Of a stretch of DNA of 64,000 nt, positions 59,859-64,000 are shown piece by piece. A program made the translations under genes and the position numbers. Position 1 is the first letter of the stretch; each line of letters begins with the position of its first letter. The stretch spans positions 160,001 to 224,000 of the forward strand of contig CAWFQL010000011.1 of assembly GCA_963817915.1 (NCBI GenBank), given 5' to 3'. The stretch is from an uncultured candidate division Zixibacteria bacterium. Its GTDB lineage: Bacteria; Zixibacteria; MSB-5A5; UBA10806. The notes below the pieces were generated by a model that worked only from the letters and a program-made list of their open reading frames with translations, did not search any database and had not been told where the DNA came from.

Positions 59859-61690
59859 TGGGCTTTATTTTCAATAACATAGCGCAACTGGCTAACCACT
59901 TGGTTAATGAATCCGAATCCAAAGCGCAGCCAAAAAACTCAGTTCATGAATCCTCTGATAATATCCTGGATTTCGCGTCTGTTTTAGGTTCCGCGCAATC
60001 CGGCCATAAATCAAAAACAACGACTAATGGACAATCGCAAGTTGACCCGGAATTCGAAACCAAAGAGCGGATTGAAATCCCGGCATCGATTGTCAAGGCG
60101 GCCATCTCCAATAACAAAGATAAGCTGACAATTCTAATCTCAGCAGAACAACTCAGCGGTCTTTTAGCCAAATTTAACCTGTCGCAATTTCGGCAAGTTA
60201 TACCAGATTCAAAGAATAGGGTCGTATCCGGGGAGGCCATATTAAACATGCTTCCTGGCGGTGAGCCCTTAAAGTTATCCTTTAACCCATCAGACCTATT
60301 TGACGCGGCGGGCAAGATTAATGTTGGCTCGATTCCGGTCGAGTTGGAAGGTGCCGGAGCCAGCTCCGAAACAAAAATTGATGTCAAGGAACTGATGAAT
60401 CTAATCGGCGAATTTCCCGATCCAATCGAAATGGAGATTTCGGAATCATTTAGCGCTGATGAGCTCTCGTCAGAATTTTCGACCTCAAATGATAACGGCA
60501 AAGGGCTTATTGAATCGTTCGATACTCCAGTCCTCAAATCATCATTTACCTTCGATTTGAAGGAAATAGCCAAAAATCTGGATAATAAAGTGCAGACAAC
60601 TATCAATGGAATTTTGACTCAATCTCAAAAGGCCGGTCATATTGATAATTCCGCGGCAACTATAGCATTAATGAAAAATAGCGGCAATTTTGAAGACATC
60701 TTCTCATTACCGACAAAATTCGAGAAACCCTCCGCCATTCCAGCTAAAATGGCGAATACGATATGGTCCGATATGAGCAATCCAACTTCGAATGTTTCGA
60801 TTTTCGGATCGGATAATACCGGTGATCTCAATTCGTCAAGGATAAAAAATAATCAGCAATTCGATCATTTCGTCAAACAAGTTAATACGATTTTCAAAGA
60901 ATCGCTGGCTCCGGAATCAGCAAAATCGGTGGGCAAGCAATTCATTCAAAGTTTTGGCAAAGATATTTTTAAGAATAACGGAATACAGATTCAGGACAGC
61001 CCCAAAGTATCATCGGTATCCGGTATTGCGGTCAAAGCCCCGGAGAAAACAATCGGCGATAAGAATATAATGTCGCCTGCCGAAGCAAAATCGGATTCGT
61101 TCCGATCAGCCTTGGACTCCAATAGAGTGCATTCGACAGAAGAAATTCACGATGATGCGAATAATATTCTATTAAAGCCGGAAATGCTTTTTGCTAAAAA
61201 TTCATCGAACAAAATATTGTCGAGTCCGAAAATCATTAACGCCGAGACTATCAAGTCCGCGATTTTGCATGCGGCATCAAATAACCTTACTAGTCTGAAA
61301 TTAAGGCTCCATCCGGAAAGCCTTGGCAATATCGATATTCGTATGATTTGGAAGAATGATGCAGTCTCCATATCGATAAAGGCCGATACAACCGAAGCCG
61401 CTCGTATAATGACATCAAATCTTGCCGACTTGAAAAGCGGCCTTGAAAATGCCAACTTTAAAATCAGCGAAATAAGTGTGGTTCTGGATAACTCCAGAAA
61501 TTCCAATAACTATAATCATGAAAATCGCGAATTCGCAAATTCCGCGGCCAATGGAGGCGGCCACCAAAGAAGATCAAATTCCGAATTTTCAAATCAGCTC
61601 GATAAAAAACATGAATCCGAATTTCTGTCCGATTCCCGTGAAGAGTACAACGCGTCTGTTGTCAGGGGATGGATAGATTTAAAAGCATAA
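59858..61690 (+). CDS. fliK: Hook-length control protein FliK
   Basis: Low-complexity N-terminus, LRLHPESLGNIDI, precedes flgD. Confidence 0.85.
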   Translation: MGFIFNNIAQLANHLVNESESKAQPKNSVHESSDNILDFASVLGSAQSGHKSKTTTNGQSQVDPEFETKERIEIPASIVKAAISNNKDKLTILISAEQLSGLLAKFNLSQFRQVIPDSKNRVVSGEAILNMLPGGEPLKLSFNPSDLFDAAGKINVGSIPVELEGAGASSETKIDVKELMNLIGEFPDPIEMEISESFSADELSSEFSTSNDNGKGLIESFDTPVLKSSFTFDLKEIAKNLDNKVQTTINGILTQSQKAGHIDNSAATIALMKNSGNFEDIFSLPTKFEKPSAIPAKMANTIWSDMSNPTSNVSIFGSDNTGDLNSSRIKNNQQFDHFVKQVNTIFKESLAPESAKSVGKQFIQSFGKDIFKNNGIQIQDSPKVSSVSGIAVKAPEKTIGDKNIMSPAEAKSDSFRSALDSNRVHSTEEIHDDANNILLKPEMLFAKNSSNKILSSPKIINAETIKSAILHAASNNLTSLKLRLHPESLGNIDIRMIWKNDAVSISIKADTTEAARIMTSNLADLKSGLENANFKISEISVVLDNSRNSNNYNHENREFANSAANGGGHQRRSNSEFSNQLDKKHESEFLSDSREEYNASVVRGWIDLKA

Positions 61691-61702
61691 TAGGAGGTGG
61701 GA

Positions 61703-62431
61703 ATGCCTAATGTCGCCCCGGTAGGGGGTTTATCAACTCCAGGTCAAAACAATCAGGTTGCAGGCAAAAGCAATTTGGGCAAAGATGATTTTCTTAATTT
61801 GCTGGTGAAACAGCTGCAATATCAGGATCCGATGGAACCAATGAAGGATACTGATTTTGTGGCTCAGCTGGCAAGTTTTTCGTCGCTCGAACAGCTTTCC
61901 AATATCGGCACTTCATTGGATAACTCGACCCAGTTGAATTACATTCTGAGCCAGACAATTGCCAATACCATGGCAACTACCTTGATAGGCAAAGAGGTTG
62001 TAGCTAATGGCAATCAGATTCAACACGATTCCAATTCATCGAATCAGCTCAATTTTAATCTTGCTGATCCCGCCGCCAACGTCGAAGTCGAGGTGAAGGA
62101 TGAAAATGGGACAGTAATCCGCACCATTACCGCCAATCATCTCGCGAAGGGAAATAATTCAGTTGAATGGGACGGTCGCGATGATAACGGCGTACGGGTT
62201 GCCGCGGCAAATTATACTTTCTCGGTTTCCGCTAAAGATCAGGATGGGAAAGAAGTAAAGGCCGAAACTCGTTTGATTGGCCTGGTTGAATCTGTCAGAT
62301 ATGAAGAAGGCCAGGGATACTTGATTGTCAACGGTCAGAAGGTCTCGTTGTCGGATATTATCGAAGTCAACCTGGATAGATCATCTTCAGGCATGACCGA
62401 AAATGGCGGCAATTCGGACGGCCATAATTAA
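61703..62431 (+). CDS. flgD: Hook capping protein FlgD
   Basis: LGKDDFLNLLVKQLQYQDPMEP, QLASFSSLEQ, WDGRDDNG. Confidence 0.95.
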   Translation: MPNVAPVGGLSTPGQNNQVAGKSNLGKDDFLNLLVKQLQYQDPMEPMKDTDFVAQLASFSSLEQLSNIGTSLDNSTQLNYILSQTIANTMATTLIGKEVVANGNQIQHDSNSSNQLNFNLADPAANVEVEVKDENGTVIRTITANHLAKGNNSVEWDGRDDNGVRVAAANYTFSVSAKDQDGKEVKAETRLIGLVESVRYEEGQGYLIVNGQKVSLSDIIEVNLDRSSSGMTENGGNSDGHN

Positions 62432-62453
62432 TTGAAATCAGAAAGGAGTGAGA

Positions 62454-62834
62454 ATGGCAATCAAAACAGTAAATAACATTCAGCCGATTCAAGGCGATGC
62501 CTCGATCTCACGCCAACCGAAAGCTGGAAATCAAATAAATTCGGATTCGAAATTCAGGAATCTCCTGGATAATTCGCTTTCGAATCTAAAATTCTCAGGT
62601 CATGCCCTCAATCGTCTTTCGGACAGGGGAGTCGTAATGACGAACGAGAAGACCGAGCGTTTGATGAAGGCGGTCGATACTGCTGAAAATAAAGGATCGA
62701 AAGATTCATTAGTATTGCTCGATGAATTGGCGTTTGTGGTTTCCGTTAAGAATCGAACGGTAATTACCGCATGCGATATGTCGGGTTTCAAAGAGGGAGT
62801 ATTTACTAAAATCGATAGTACAATATTTGGATAA
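62454..62834 (+). CDS. TIGR02530-family flagellar operon protein
   Basis: LKFSGHALNRLSDRG, KGSKDSLVL, VSVKNRTVITA, GVFTKIDS. Confidence 0.88.
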   Translation: MAIKTVNNIQPIQGDASISRQPKAGNQINSDSKFRNLLDNSLSNLKFSGHALNRLSDRGVVMTNEKTERLMKAVDTAENKGSKDSLVLLDELAFVVSVKNRTVITACDMSGFKEGVFTKIDSTIFG

Positions 62835-62842
62835 TAATAAAC

Positions 62843-62916
62843 GGCTGGACCCCTTTCGGGGAGGCCATTACCCGCATCAGAATGATGCGGCTTTACGCTT
62901 GTGCGATATCAAGCGT
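62843..62916 (+). other. Structured flgE leader (three hairpins)
   Basis: GGCTGGACCCC-TTTC-GGGGAGGCC; CCGCATCA-GAA-TGATGCGG; ACGCTTG-N8-CAAGCGT directly before the GGAGG RBS. Confidence 0.5.
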
Positions 62917-62933
62917 TCTGGAGGGAACTTAAA

Positions 62934-64000
62934 ATGATGGCATCACTTTTCGCGGGCGTATCAGGTCTGAAAAATCACCAGGTAAGAATGAACGTGGTTG
63001 GCGACAATATCTCCAACGTCAATACAATCGGTTATAAGTCCGGTAGAGCGACATTTCAGGAAGCGCTGGTTCAGACCATGCGCGGCGCCGGTCGACCGAC
63101 GACGACATCGGGCGGTACCAATCCGTTGCAGCTGGGATTAGGCATGAGCCTTTCGACAATTGATAACTTGTTCTTGCAGGGCGGTCTGGAAACAACAGGT
63201 CAGATAACCGATTTAGCTTTGCAGGGAACCGGGTTCTTTATTCTTTCCGATGGCCAACAGCAATATTATACAAGGGCAGGAGCGTTTGGGTTCGACGCTA
63301 ACTCCAACATGGTAAATCCCAGCAATGGCTATATTCTTCAGGGAAAATTAGCTGATGTTGACGGCACTATACCTGCTAATGCGTCGGTCGGTGATATAAC
63401 TCTGCCATTCGGGCAGCAAACACCTGCACGCATGACATCGCGTGTTCAATTGGGAATGAATCTTAATGCCGCAGCCACCGATTCGACAGCATCACTGGCA
63501 TCGGCCGGCACTTCAAATATTACGACAGTCTCAGGCCAGGCCACAAACGGAGCCGGCGGACAGCACGTAATCACTATTATTGGAAATAACGCTCAATATT
63601 CTCAAGCGTCAGGCGCTCATGGTCTGGTGCTGACCGATGTTGCCGCCGCCGATGTTGGCGCGGTAGCCGGCGCGGGTGGATCAGGGACGTTGCCTGCTGA
63701 CAATTATGTTTATACCGTAGTAGCGGTCAATTCGCTTGGTCAATCGACAGGACAAGAAATAACCGTTAATGGAGTCCCAGCCAATGGCTCAGTAGCTCTA
63801 ACTATAAACTACGCGGATGCTGACGCTACATCTGTCAGAGTCTATCGCAGAACACAGGGCGGAACTTATTCGAGCACATTGGGCGGATTAGTTTATGAAA
63901 GTCCTTATACATCTCCAGGGCCTCTGGCCTGGACCGATGACGGTTCGGTATCTGGTAATGGAGCAACACCTCCAGCTGTCAATACAACTTTGGCGCTTTC
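62934..64000 (+). CDS. flgE: Flagellar hook protein FlgE (3'-partial)
   Basis: Own translation: MMASLFAGVSGLKNHQVRMNVVGDNISNVNTIGYK, NPLQLGLG, TDLALQGTGFF, YTRAGAF; open to the window end. Confidence 0.93.
   Translation, partial: MMASLFAGVSGLKNHQVRMNVVGDNISNVNTIGYKSGRATFQEALVQTMRGAGRPTTTSGGTNPLQLGLGMSLSTIDNLFLQGGLETTGQITDLALQGTGFFILSDGQQQYYTRAGAFGFDANSNMVNPSNGYILQGKLADVDGTIPANASVGDITLPFGQQTPARMTSRVQLGMNLNAAATDSTASLASAGTSNITTVSGQATNGAGGQHVITIIGNNAQYSQASGAHGLVLTDVAAADVGAVAGAGGSGTLPADNYVYTVVAVNSLGQSTGQEITVNGVPANGSVALTINYADADATSVRVYRRTQGGTYSSTLGGLVYESPYTSPGPLAWTDDGSVSGNGATPPAVNTTLAL

Noticed and set aside
59944..60606. 220-aa antisense ORF and the many other short overlapping ORFs in the track
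   Set aside because: They lie opposite or inside well-supported genes and have no recognisable motifs.

Overview
Bacterial chromosomal window, moderately AT-rich and densely coding. Gene content (PorV-like beta-barrel, FlgD-Ig/T9SS-like C-terminal domain, dockerin-tailed proteases, cohesin-like protein, DUF2723, DUF1573) suggests an FCB-superphylum organism, possibly a Zixibacteria-like candidate lineage; this is inference, not a search result. In order, the window holds: (1) the end of a large secreted protein and a PorV-TPR gene; (2) a signalling/exopolysaccharide operon with a fused RsbW-HAMP-PP2C protein and a STAS protein that both carry IS481-like HTH tails, plus orphan ParA, GGDEF, Wza, Wzc-N, TPR, BY-kinase and a sigma54-driven priming glycosyltransferase; (3) envelope proteins, DUF2723, four tandem type IV pilins, pilD, a PAS kinase and an HDOD protein; (4) cohesin-like, DUF1573 and cysteine synthase-family genes, then purD, purE, lemA, CDF, GlmU-like, galT and glgA; (5) a REP cluster and tRNA-Gly/Cys/Leu; (6) an RsbU/W/V module, REC protein, PAS kinase, sigma54 activator and motAB; (7) a flagellar cluster flgB-fliJ / motE-fliK-flgD-flgE split by two dockerin-bearing proteases. 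Sigma54 and sigma28 promoters and a tandem enhancer can be read directly from the DNA. Four genes are broken by apparent +1 base insertions, most likely sequencing errors. No CRISPR, rRNA, intact transposase or prophage was seen.
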